Positions 28,427 through 37,288 of a stretch of 64,000 nucleotides of DNA are shown here, piece by piece; the stretch's first letter is position 1, and each line of letters opens with the position of its first letter. The stretch comes from an uncultured Gammaproteobacteria bacterium (lineage in GTDB: Bacteria; Pseudomonadota; Gammaproteobacteria; Competibacterales; JAHEDQ01). The position numbers were made by a program, and so were the translations under genes. A model generated the notes under the pieces. It made no database searches, was not told the origin of the DNA, and saw nothing but the letters and a program-made list of their open reading frames with translations. The stretch is taken from NCBI GenBank assembly GCA_963783675.1, contig CAWAOU010000010.1:13050-77049 (forward strand), written 5' to 3'.

Positions 28427-29529
28427 ACAGGTGGCTCGAGCATCTGCTGGAGGCGGTAGAGTGCGGAGAGTCCTGTGTCATGGTGACGGTTGCGGCGGTG
28501 CGTGGATCCGCGCCCCGGGAGCCGGGGGCGGCCATGACGGTCACCCGGAACCGGGTGTTGGGCACCATTGGCGGTGGCAACCTGGAGTTCAGCGCCATCG
28601 AACGTGCACGCCGTCAACTGGAAGGTACTGAGCCGCTGCCCGGAGGCGGCGATCTGTGCCGGTATGTATTGGGCACCCAGTTGCAGCAGTGTTGCGGCGG
28701 TGTTGCGTATCTCCACTATCAGGCGTTTTCCGGCCCGCCACCTGACTGGCTGATCGAGTTGCGAACGCTGCGGGATCAGGGACTGGGGGCCGTCCTGGTC
28801 AGTCGGAAAGAACATGCCGCAAACACGCATCTGGTGGTCACCGACCCGAGCATCGGCGCCATGGACGTTTCGGACGAATTCCTGAGCGAGGCTGCTGCCG
28901 CAGCCCGGGCTGCGCTGGAGGACTGGCCATCGGGGCGCGATCTGCTGTGGTCAAGGGACGATGGGTACGGGCCACCCGTCGATATGGGGCGCTTCGTACT
29001 GATGCGGCCACTGCGGGTGGGCGACTTTCGCGTGCTGGTGTTTGGGGCCGGACATGTGGGCCGCGCCCTGGTTCGGGCTCTGGCGCAGCTGGCGGACCAG
29101 ATCGTATGGTGTGACGGGCGTGAAGGCGAGTTTCCCGCCGAATTGCCAGCCCGAGTGCGGGTCGAAACCGGAGACCCCTTTCGGGCGATCGAATCCATGT
29201 CCCCCGGTGCCTGCTATCTGGTAATGACACACAGCCATTCCCTGGATCTGGCCGTGTGCGAAGCCATACTGCAGCGCGGCGACCAGAGCTATCTCGGACT
29301 GATCGGTTCCCTGTCAAAACGCCGCCGGTTCGAAAAGCATCTGCTTGGGGAAGGTCTGAGCGAACTCGATCTGAAGCGTATGATCTGTCCTATTGGTGTC
29401 CCGGGTATTACCGGCAAGGACCCGGCCGTGATCGCCGCATCGGTTGCCGCCCAGTTGCTGCAGGTACGGGAGACTCGGTCTGGGGAAGTATCCCGTACCC
29501 AACGGGCGGACTCAGTGGGTCATGCGTGA
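28423..29529 (+). CDS. xdhC: Xanthine dehydrogenase accessory (Moco chaperone) protein
   Basis: GSAPRE.GA, GTIGGGNLE, QCCGG, FGAGHVG, MTHSH.LD, GLIGS..K, CPIG. Confidence 0.93.
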   Translation: MNRWLEHLLEAVECGESCVMVTVAAVRGSAPREPGAAMTVTRNRVLGTIGGGNLEFSAIERARRQLEGTEPLPGGGDLCRYVLGTQLQQCCGGVAYLHYQAFSGPPPDWLIELRTLRDQGLGAVLVSRKEHAANTHLVVTDPSIGAMDVSDEFLSEAAAAARAALEDWPSGRDLLWSRDDGYGPPVDMGRFVLMRPLRVGDFRVLVFGAGHVGRALVRALAQLADQIVWCDGREGEFPAELPARVRVETGDPFRAIESMSPGACYLVMTHSHSLDLAVCEAILQRGDQSYLGLIGSLSKRRRFEKHLLGEGLSELDLKRMICPIGVPGITGKDPAVIAASVAAQLLQVRETRSGEVSRTQRADSVGHA

Positions 29530-29598
29530 CGCTTGATCGACCGGCCGAATCCTGTAACTGTTTTGATTCGGATTACCCACCCTCCGCGGTCCGTGACC

Positions 29599-30486
29599 AT
29601 GCCTGATGCATCCGCCGAATACCTCACCACACGGGAACTGGCCGAACTGCTGCGCATAAAAGAGCGCAAGGTCTACGAACTGGCGGCCTCCGGGGTGGTG
29701 CCGTGTTCCCGGGCGACCGGCAAGCTGTTGTTTCCCCGTCGAGGGGTCGAGGACTGGGTGCGGCAAAACAGCTCGGGCTCCCCGGGCGAATCGAGACCCC
29801 AGCGGCCGCCGGTATTCCTGGGCAGTTACGATCCGCTGCTTGAATGGGCACTGCGCGAATCGCACTGCGATCTGGCCACGTTTTTGGACGGGAGCCTGGA
29901 CGGGCTCGACCGATTTGCCAAACACGAGGGTGTTGCCAGCGGGCTGCATCTCTGGGACCCGGATGACGACGATTGGAATCGGGGTCCGATCGAGGCCCGG
30001 TTCGGTTCCGAACCGGTTGTATTGATCGAATTCGCCTGGCGTGAGCGCGGTCTGGTGGTGGCAGCCGGGCGCGAATCGGAAGTGTTGTCCGTCGCCGATC
30101 TCCGGGGGCGGCGGGTAGTGCCCCGGCAGGCCGAGGCGGGCAGCCAGACCCTGCTGCGGCAGCTTCTGCAGCGGGCTGGACTCACGGAGACGGATCTGAC
30201 CTGGGCCGACACCGCGCGCACCGAAACCGAGGCCGCCCTGGTGGTGTCCGAGGGTAACGCCGATGCGGCCTTGGGTCTGGCCGGTCTTGCTCACCAGTGC
30301 CGGCTGGGTTTCGTGCCACTGATGCGGGAACGGTTTGATCTGTTGGTGGATCGACGGGCCTGGTTCGAAACGCCGTTCCAACAGTTTCTTGCCTTTTGCC
30401 GCTCGCCGGAATTCGAGCGCAAAGCACGAGCGCTGCGGGGCTATGACGTGGGTCAGTTCGGCCGGGTCGTGTTCAACGGGCTCTAG
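29599..30486 (+). CDS. Excisionase-type HTH + molybdate/tungstate-binding PBP-domain transcriptional regulator
   Basis: YLTTRELAELLRIKERKVY..G..P...TGKLLFPR (HTH_17), then GS.DPLL, GS..GL, RQ..AGS, ERFDL (PBP_like). Confidence 0.85.
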   Translation: MPDASAEYLTTRELAELLRIKERKVYELAASGVVPCSRATGKLLFPRRGVEDWVRQNSSGSPGESRPQRPPVFLGSYDPLLEWALRESHCDLATFLDGSLDGLDRFAKHEGVASGLHLWDPDDDDWNRGPIEARFGSEPVVLIEFAWRERGLVVAAGRESEVLSVADLRGRRVVPRQAEAGSQTLLRQLLQRAGLTETDLTWADTARTETEAALVVSEGNADAALGLAGLAHQCRLGFVPLMRERFDLLVDRRAWFETPFQQFLAFCRSPEFERKARALRGYDVGQFGRVVFNGL

Positions 30487-30647
30487 CAGCCTGTCGGATT
30501 TAACGCTGTTCGGCTGCAAATCCACGGATGGCGATCAACTCACCTTATCCCGCTCGTTAAATAGCCCTGCTATTCGCCTCGCCCGATAAACTGATTTGAT
30601 CCGCCCCCGATGAATTTTCGCTTCGAACGGTTAAATCCGACAGAATC
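30487..30647. mobile_element. 161-bp MITE with CTAG target duplication
   Basis: Inverted repeats CTGTCGGATTTAAC (30491-30504) and GTTAAATCCGACAG (30630-30643), flanked by CTAG at 30483-30486 (contains the regulator's TAG stop) and 30648-30651. No ORF. Confidence 0.75.
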
Positions 30648-30845
30648 CTAGGGCGCGCTCCGCGGCGCGTTGCTGTGCTATCGCACTATTGCAGCCGATC
30701 TCCTATTCTTTCGGGCATTGTCGTCGTCCGCGCGCGATCCCATTGCAAGTGGGCTGCGAGCAGGGCGGTCAAGGGTCGCCACACGCCACAGATCACCGGA
30801 ACGCCCTTTTCCCAATGATCGAGTATTCAAAGAGGTCGAAAAACC

Positions 30846-31610
30846 ATGCCCCCCGCCTTTGCCACTGCGCCGTCCGCCCGCCTTCGTGGCGGTGTATTGG
30901 GCCTGATTACGCTGATCGGAATCTCGTCATCGCCCGCCTATGCCGCCGGGACGGATATGGCGCTGGCATTTGATCTGGCTGAAATGCTGAGGGCCGGTAG
31001 AACGGTGGTGTCCGGCAACCAGGCTCTGATCAACGATCCTGCCATTGGTGACAAGGGTTTCACCGGCGAGGTTCTGGTCAGCGAGGCTGAAGTGCTGTAC
31101 GAGAATCGTGCCGGCGTGGCCGGCGCTGACACCTCCGAGCGTGACCAACGCCTGTTGGAGGCGCAGAAAATGGCGATGCGGCAGGTGGTCGATGCGCATC
31201 AGTCGGACATCAATGTGGAAGGTGTCGGCTTCAAGGGATTCATACCGGCGGTTTTTGCCCGCCTGTCCAACGACGCGTTCAAGTCTTTGGCGGGATCGGA
31301 AGCGCGCATTCGAGTGACCGCGCCCCCCGATCTGGTTCGAAATCGCAAATCCCGCCCGGATGCCTGGGAAAGCGAGATCATCAGCACTAAGTTCATGGGC
31401 ACGGACTGGCCAAGAGGTGAACCCTACACCGAGGTGGTGGAGTATGAAGGGCGACCCGCGTTCCGGATGTTGTTGCCCGAGTACTATCTTGAATCGTGTC
31501 TGTCATGCCACGGTGCGCCCAAAGGCGAAACCGACATCACCGGGTATCCCAAGGAAGGGGGCAAAGAAGGGGATCTGGGCGGGGCGATCAGCATCATTGT
31601 TTTCCAATGA
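30846..31610 (+). CDS. Secreted c-type heme-binding sensor protein (DUF3365/Tll0287-like)
   Basis: Signal peptide (…PAYA/AG), VRNRKSRPDAWE, single CLSCH heme motif, GDLGGAIS terminus. Confidence 0.8.
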   Translation: MPPAFATAPSARLRGGVLGLITLIGISSSPAYAAGTDMALAFDLAEMLRAGRTVVSGNQALINDPAIGDKGFTGEVLVSEAEVLYENRAGVAGADTSERDQRLLEAQKMAMRQVVDAHQSDINVEGVGFKGFIPAVFARLSNDAFKSLAGSEARIRVTAPPDLVRNRKSRPDAWESEIISTKFMGTDWPRGEPYTEVVEYEGRPAFRMLLPEYYLESCLSCHGAPKGETDITGYPKEGGKEGDLGGAISIIVFQ

Positions 31611-34354
31611 GTTCTGATGCAGGCCGCGGTGTGCGGACCCGTGTGCAGCCGGAGCGGACGGAACGGGTCGGGGCCCTTGAGGCAATGCCCATCTGGGCAA
31701 AGCTTACCCTGCTGACGCTGACGGGTCTGGTGAGTCTGGTTGGGTCCACCTTCTATCTTTCTTCGGCACTGCAGCAGACGGCGGATCGAACCGACCGAAT
31801 GAAGGACTTGTTCGATGTGGTTGAGGTGGCCGGAGCCGCGCATGTCGACTTCGGCGATATGCGCTATTGGCTGACCGACCTTGCCGTCAGTCTGCTGGTG
31901 GCCTCGGAGCGTCGCGCGGAGCAGGCCAGAGGCCGGCTCGATACACATCTTGATCGGCTGGCCGCCTATGATGACGCCGCGGTTTCCGCCATTCGGGCCG
32001 AAGTCGACGCCTATGTGGACAAGGCCATCCAAGCGGTGGACGCCTACACCGACGACAATCGTGTGATCGGTAACACCCTGTTGGCGGCAGCCCGCAGCCA
32101 CAGCACCCAGGTTGACGAGGCCCTCAATGCACTGGTGGGAACGGTCAACGCCGCCGCTACGGCCGAGCGCCGCAATGTGGTGGACGAAGCCGCCGCCTCA
32201 GCCAGGACGGCGTTGTACATTGTGATCGCACTGACCATCCTCGGTCTGATATTGACCACCATTGTTCTGCGTTCCATTGTCCAGCCCCTGGCCCGGTTGA
32301 AGGAAGCCATCGCCGGACTGACCCAAGGCCGCTACGACATCGATCTCCCGCCATCGGGCCGGGGTGAACTGGGGGCCGTGGCGCGGACCCTGGAGTTGTT
32401 CCGCGAAACAGCCATCGAACGCAGCCAGCTGGAAGCCGATGCGGAGCGTCAGCGTATGCGCATCGCCACCGCGATCGAAACCATACCCGACGGATTTGTG
32501 CTCTATGACGCTGATGACCGCGTGCTGCTGGCCAATTCCCGTTATCGGGAGATTTTTCCGGATGCCGCTGCGGTGGCGCAGCCAGGCGCCAGCTTCCGCG
32601 AGATACTCCAGGCCCAGCTGGAGGGTGGCCGGGTCGATCTCGACGGCATGTCGGCCGAATCCTGGATCGAGACGCGTCTCGCCCGCCATCGGGAGTCAAA
32701 GGGCTATGTGGACGAAGTGCGTCGGGCGGGCGGCTGGGTTCGGATCAGCAAACGCGAGACCCCGGAGGGGGGCAAGGTGGCGGTCTACACCGACATCACC
32801 GAGCTCAAACAACGACAGGACGAACTGGAGGAGGCGCGGCGTGCAGCCGAGGGCGCCAGTGAAGCCAAAAGCCAGTTCCTGGCCTCCATGAGCCATGAGT
32901 TGCGGACCCCGCTCAACGCGATCATCGGCTACAGCGAGATGCTGATGGAGGAGGCGAGCGATCTGGAGCAGGACGCTTTCATCCCGGATCTGGACAAAAT
33001 CGCCGGATCAGGGCGCCACTTGCTGATGCTCATCAACGATATCCTCGATCTGTCCAAGATCGAAGCCGGGAAGATGGAGGTGTTTGTCGAAACGTTTGAT
33101 CTGGCTGGCTTGATCGGTGAGGTGGCGGCCACCGTGGAACCGCTGATGGGGAAGAAATCCAACGATCTCCAAGTCAAGCTGGGCGCGGAACTGGGCGAGA
33201 TGCGTTCCGATCAAACCAAAATCCGGCAAAATCTGTTCAATCTTCTGAGCAATGCCGCAAAGTTCACCGAGAACGGGGAGATCGGGCTGTCGGTTCAGCG
33301 TGAATTCAGCCCAGACGGAGATCGGATCGTGTTCGAAGTCTCGGACAACGGCATCGGAATGACCGAGGTGGAACGGGGCAAGCTGTTCGAGGCATTTACC
33401 CAGGCGGATGCCTCCACCACCCGGAACTACGGCGGTACCGGACTGGGCCTTAACATCACCCGCAGTTTTTGCCAGATGATCGGTGGTAAAATCGAGGTCG
33501 CCAGCACGCCCGGTGTGGGCTCTACGTTCACCATGACCCTGCCGGCGATCTGTCCCCAACCGCTGACGCCGACGGAAGACGATCCGGTATCCGAATCAGG
33601 TCTGCCGTCCGAGTACGTTCTGGTTATAGACGATGAACCGGCGGCCCGGCGAATCATCGGTCAGGCATTGGATCAGGTCGGCATCGCCTACCGGGAGGCG
33701 GCGGACGGCACCGAAGGTATCCGTATGGTGCGCCGGGCGCGTCCGCTTGCCATTGTGCTGGATATCATCATGCCCCGGCAGGATGGTTGGTCGGTCTTGC
33801 GGACCCTCAAAAGCGACCCCGAGTTCTGCGATATCCCCGTGATCCTGGCCACCGTCATGGCGGATCGGGATTTCGGTCTGGCATTGGGCGCGGTGGATCA
33901 CCTGTCCAAGCCCATCGACACCGAACGGCTGATATCGACCCTGGAGGGTTTCCGCAGCGGCGATGGCAAAAGCGAGGTGCTGGTCATAGACGACGACCGG
34001 GTCTCACGCGACCTGTTGCGCAGGACGCTGGTCAAACAGGGCTGGTCGGTGCATGAGGCCGCCGACGGCCTGCGCGGATTGGAGCAGATCCGGAACCTGA
34101 AACCCCGTGTGGTCATTCTCGACCTCATGATGCCGGAGATGGATGGCTTTGAGGTTCTGACTGAAATGCAGTCCGTGCCGGAACTCACAGACACTCGGGT
34201 GATTGTTTTGACCGCCAAGGACTTGTCGGGAGCGGAAAAAACCTGGCTGCGGGAACACGCGGGTGCTGTGGTGGCCAAGGGCGCAGGGGCCCGGGGCGAC
34301 CTGGTTGCGGCCCTGCAGCGTCAGATCCCTCGACCCGTTGAACCAACCGAGTAA
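31607..34354 (+). CDS. Hybrid sensor histidine kinase (TM-HAMP-PAS-HisKA-HATPase-REC-REC)
   Basis: MSHELRTPLNAIIGY, NLLSNAAKFT, DNGIG, GGTGLGL, two REC domains (VIDD..LDIIMP; VIDD..LDLMMP). ATGA overlap with the upstream gene. Confidence 0.93.
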   Translation: MSSDAGRGVRTRVQPERTERVGALEAMPIWAKLTLLTLTGLVSLVGSTFYLSSALQQTADRTDRMKDLFDVVEVAGAAHVDFGDMRYWLTDLAVSLLVASERRAEQARGRLDTHLDRLAAYDDAAVSAIRAEVDAYVDKAIQAVDAYTDDNRVIGNTLLAAARSHSTQVDEALNALVGTVNAAATAERRNVVDEAAASARTALYIVIALTILGLILTTIVLRSIVQPLARLKEAIAGLTQGRYDIDLPPSGRGELGAVARTLELFRETAIERSQLEADAERQRMRIATAIETIPDGFVLYDADDRVLLANSRYREIFPDAAAVAQPGASFREILQAQLEGGRVDLDGMSAESWIETRLARHRESKGYVDEVRRAGGWVRISKRETPEGGKVAVYTDITELKQRQDELEEARRAAEGASEAKSQFLASMSHELRTPLNAIIGYSEMLMEEASDLEQDAFIPDLDKIAGSGRHLLMLINDILDLSKIEAGKMEVFVETFDLAGLIGEVAATVEPLMGKKSNDLQVKLGAELGEMRSDQTKIRQNLFNLLSNAAKFTENGEIGLSVQREFSPDGDRIVFEVSDNGIGMTEVERGKLFEAFTQADASTTRNYGGTGLGLNITRSFCQMIGGKIEVASTPGVGSTFTMTLPAICPQPLTPTEDDPVSESGLPSEYVLVIDDEPAARRIIGQALDQVGIAYREAADGTEGIRMVRRARPLAIVLDIIMPRQDGWSVLRTLKSDPEFCDIPVILATVMADRDFGLALGAVDHLSKPIDTERLISTLEGFRSGDGKSEVLVIDDDRVSRDLLRRTLVKQGWSVHEAADGLRGLEQIRNLKPRVVILDLMMPEMDGFEVLTEMQSVPELTDTRVIVLTAKDLSGAEKTWLREHAGAVVAKGAGARGDLVAALQRQIPRPVEPTE

Positions 34355-34395
34355 GCCGCGGCCCCAATGGGCGCGCACAACTCTCAACCGAAGGC

Positions 34396-34785
34396 ATGCA
34401 TGTGGCCCGAATTCTTATTGTTGAAGACAACGAACTCAATCGCGACATGCTGTCGCGGCGTTTGATCCGGCGGGGATACCAGGTGGATCTCGCCGAGAAT
34501 GGCGAACTCGGCGTTGCCCTGGCCACCGAACTCAAACCCGATCTTGTGCTGATGGACATGAGTCTGCCGGTCATGGACGGCTGGGAGGCGACACGATGCC
34601 TCAAGGCCGCCCCCGACACCGCCGGCATTCCCATCATCGCCCTCACCGCCCACGCCATGGCGGCGGATCGTGACCGGGCAATGGAAGCCGGCTGCGACGA
34701 CTACGACAGCAAACCCGTCGACCTGCCAAGATTGCTGGAAAAGATCACAAAGCTGTTGCCCTCGGAGTCCGGGCAGGAAAGCTGA
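34396..34785 (+). CDS. Single-domain response regulator (DivK/CheY-like)
   Basis: ILIVEDN, LMDMSLP.MDG, LTAHAM, KP. Confidence 0.93.
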   Translation: MHVARILIVEDNELNRDMLSRRLIRRGYQVDLAENGELGVALATELKPDLVLMDMSLPVMDGWEATRCLKAAPDTAGIPIIALTAHAMAADRDRAMEAGCDDYDSKPVDLPRLLEKITKLLPSESGQES

Positions 34786-34796
34786 AGCGCACCGCC

Positions 34797-36362
34797 ATGT
34801 CAGGGGAAACCGAACTCGGCAAGAGTGCCTTCGCCGCCCATCTGGCACAGGACCTGGCGGGTCCTGCTCAGGCCATTCTGGGTTTTCAGGAATTGGCCGT
34901 TGAGCAGGCCCGCACCATCGGATTGAACCACCTGTTGCCCGATTTCGATCGGGTCAGCGGTGCGATCAAAGATCTGAACCGGTTGCTGGATGGTTTGATT
35001 GAGGAAGGGATGGATGCGCCACCCGTCGCCGGATCCGACGCCGAGGTGCGGCTTCGGCACGAGCTGCGCACGCCGCTGAACGCCATCATCGGGTACTCGG
35101 AGATGATCGCCGAGGAACTCGACCCGGTTGAGCATGAGGCACTGCACAGCGATATCGCCGTCATTCTCGCTGAGGCGGCCGCTCTGCTCGCGCGGATCGA
35201 CGATATTGTGAAGTTCTCACATCCCACGGGCAACCGGGGTGCGCAGATGGCCGCGGAACAGGCCCGCAGCGTTGCCGACGGGCTTGAGGCCAGTGTCAGC
35301 GAAGATCACCACGACACCGAATTGCTGCCGGGGCGGGTGCTGGTGGTGGACGACATTGACAGCAACCGCCAGTTGCTCGCGCGCAGGCTGCGGATGGACG
35401 GACATGAAGTGGTGTTGGCCGCTTCGGGTGCCGAGGCGCTGGAATGCCTGAACCGTCAGGCCATCGATCTGATTCTGCTGGATATCCTGATGCCGGACAT
35501 GAACGGCATAGAGCTGTTGGCTCGCATCAAGGGCCGCAGCGACGTCGGCAGGATTCCGGTCATCATGGTCTCCGGCCTCACCGATATGGAGGCGGTGATC
35601 CGCTGTATCGAAGCCGGAGCCGACGATTATCTGACAAAGCCGATCAACACGGTGCTGCTGCGGGCCCGGATGGCGGCATGTCTTGAGAAAAAACGCTGGG
35701 CCGATCGGGAACAGCGCTACCTGGAGCGAATAGAACTGGAGCGGGACCGGGCCGACGCCCTGTTGCACGCGATCCTGCCCGGTCAGGTGGTTACCCGTCT
35801 CAACAACGGCGAGGATGTCATCGCCGACCGGTTTGAGTCGGTTACCATTGTGTTCGCTGATCTGGTGGACTTTACACCCACCGCGGCCCAGACCACCGCG
35901 ATAAAACTGGTGCAGCGGCTGGACGAGATTTTTCGGGCCTTCGATACCTTGGCCGAGGAACACGGGGTGGAGAAGATCAAAACCATCGGCGACGCGTACA
36001 TGGCCGCCGCCGGGGTGCCAGTGCACAGCGAAGATCATGCGGACCGTGCGGTCGCGCTTGGGCTGTCCATGCTGACGACGCTTGAGCGCGTCGACCAGCA
36101 CGAGGTGCCGTTCAAGATCCGCATCGGCATCCACACCGGACCCATCATCGCGGGGCTGATCGGTCGCCATCGATTCGTCTACGACGTCTGGGGCGAAACC
36201 GTCAACATTGCCAGTCGCCTTGAGGCAAGCGGTCTGCCCGGGCGTATTCAATTCTCCGACGCCACCCGCCGGGCGCTGACCCGCAGCTGGCCCATCACCA
36301 AACGCGGGCGGATCGATCTCAAGGGCGTGGGCTCGATGCCAGCTTACCTGATGCCCGAATGA
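34797..36362 (+). CDS. DHp-REC-class III adenylate cyclase
   Basis: H-box HELRTPLNAIIGYSE without HATPase, then REC (VVDD, LLDILMP), then cyclase motifs FADLVDFT, KTIGDAYM, YDVWGETVNIASRLE (Lys/Asp suggests ATP specificity). Confidence 0.9.
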   Translation: MSGETELGKSAFAAHLAQDLAGPAQAILGFQELAVEQARTIGLNHLLPDFDRVSGAIKDLNRLLDGLIEEGMDAPPVAGSDAEVRLRHELRTPLNAIIGYSEMIAEELDPVEHEALHSDIAVILAEAAALLARIDDIVKFSHPTGNRGAQMAAEQARSVADGLEASVSEDHHDTELLPGRVLVVDDIDSNRQLLARRLRMDGHEVVLAASGAEALECLNRQAIDLILLDILMPDMNGIELLARIKGRSDVGRIPVIMVSGLTDMEAVIRCIEAGADDYLTKPINTVLLRARMAACLEKKRWADREQRYLERIELERDRADALLHAILPGQVVTRLNNGEDVIADRFESVTIVFADLVDFTPTAAQTTAIKLVQRLDEIFRAFDTLAEEHGVEKIKTIGDAYMAAAGVPVHSEDHADRAVALGLSMLTTLERVDQHEVPFKIRIGIHTGPIIAGLIGRHRFVYDVWGETVNIASRLEASGLPGRIQFSDATRRALTRSWPITKRGRIDLKGVGSMPAYLMPE

Positions 36363-36385
36363 CCGGATGGGTGCAAACATAGGAC

Positions 36386-37249
36386 GTGTCTGGACGGGAG
36401 GTCAATCTGGACAAGCGAGCATTGTTTCTTGGGCAGCCGTCCAAACAACGCATATTCATAAGCTATCGCCGGGATGACGCACAGTGGGCGGCGGGCCGCC
36501 TGGCCGATGCCCTGTCCGCCTACTTCGGCGATCAACGTGTGTTCCGTGATATCGACGGTATCGCGGGCGGGGCCGATTTCGGTGATGTCATTCAGGAGAA
36601 TCTTGGTACCGCGGATGCTGTGATCGTGCTGATCGGACCCGATTGGCTTGACGCCGCTGATTCCCAGGGCCGGCAACGTCTGCAGAATCCGACCGACTGG
36701 GTGGTTCGCGAAGTGGCCACAGCGCTCGAGAAAGGGGTTCCGATTTATCCTGTGCTGGTGGCCGTCACGTGGACCCCAGCCGCAGGCGGTATGTCTATGG
36801 CGCAGCCTCGGTGGGCGCTCTGGGGTCGCTGTTCGCCTTCGTTCTGTTCTACTGGGTCTGCCTGGAATACGAACCCATCGTCATCTTCTACGTGGGCATG
36901 GTTGTGGCGCCAACCATGCTGGTGTTAAGGAAGGTCTGAACAATTGCTGCGATCGCGCCGGTGTCTTTGCGCTCCCTCGTACAAGGCGCACCGAGCGAAG
37001 TTGGCCCGAGGAAAATGAGTGAGCTGCCAATGAGCGAGGTGCAACGCGGTACGAGGGGCGCAAAGGCCCGGCCCCGCTGGGGTTTCGCCCACAAGGGCAC
37101 ATCTGCCGCGTTTCCCGGCTTGGCCATAGAATGACTATGGCGCTGCGCCGGGAGCCTCGCATCTGCACCCTTGTGGACCGAAACGCGATTCGTATCAATT
37201 GTTCAGACCTTCCTTAATGAGCCTGTCCGGGTTCAAGTCGCGCAATTGA
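36386..37249 (+). pseudogene. TIR-domain + transmembrane protein, disrupted by a frameshift/deletion and a MITE
   Basis: IFISYRRDD, FRDID, WVVREV TIR motifs. The frame changes at ~36760 to a hydrophobic frame (…GALGSLFAFVLFYW…VAPTMLVL) that resumes after the MITE as MSLSGFKSRN* (stop 37247-37249). Confidence 0.75.
36929..37213. mobile_element. 285-bp IS5-family-like MITE
   Basis: Perfect 18-bp TIRs GGAAGGTCTGAACAATTG (36929-36946) and CAATTGTTCAGACCTTCC (37196-37213). TTAA duplication at 36925-36928 and 37214-37217. Ends resemble IS5 (GGAAGG..., YTAR target). No transposase. Confidence 0.9.
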
Positions 37250-37288
37250 ACCGGCCCCGCTTTCCCCGCGGAGCCGTTCGCTCGGGTG

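Noticed and set aside
29599-29770. Excisionase-like HTH as evidence of a prophage or integrative element
   Set aside because: It is fused to a PBP domain (a known regulator architecture), and no integrase or phage genes are present.
34797-36928. Cyclase + TIR as a bona fide Pycsar anti-phage system
   Set aside because: The cyclase is a REC-controlled enzyme with adenine-specific residues, and the TIR lacks a visible cNMP-binding domain and is broken. Kept only as a speculative signalling link.
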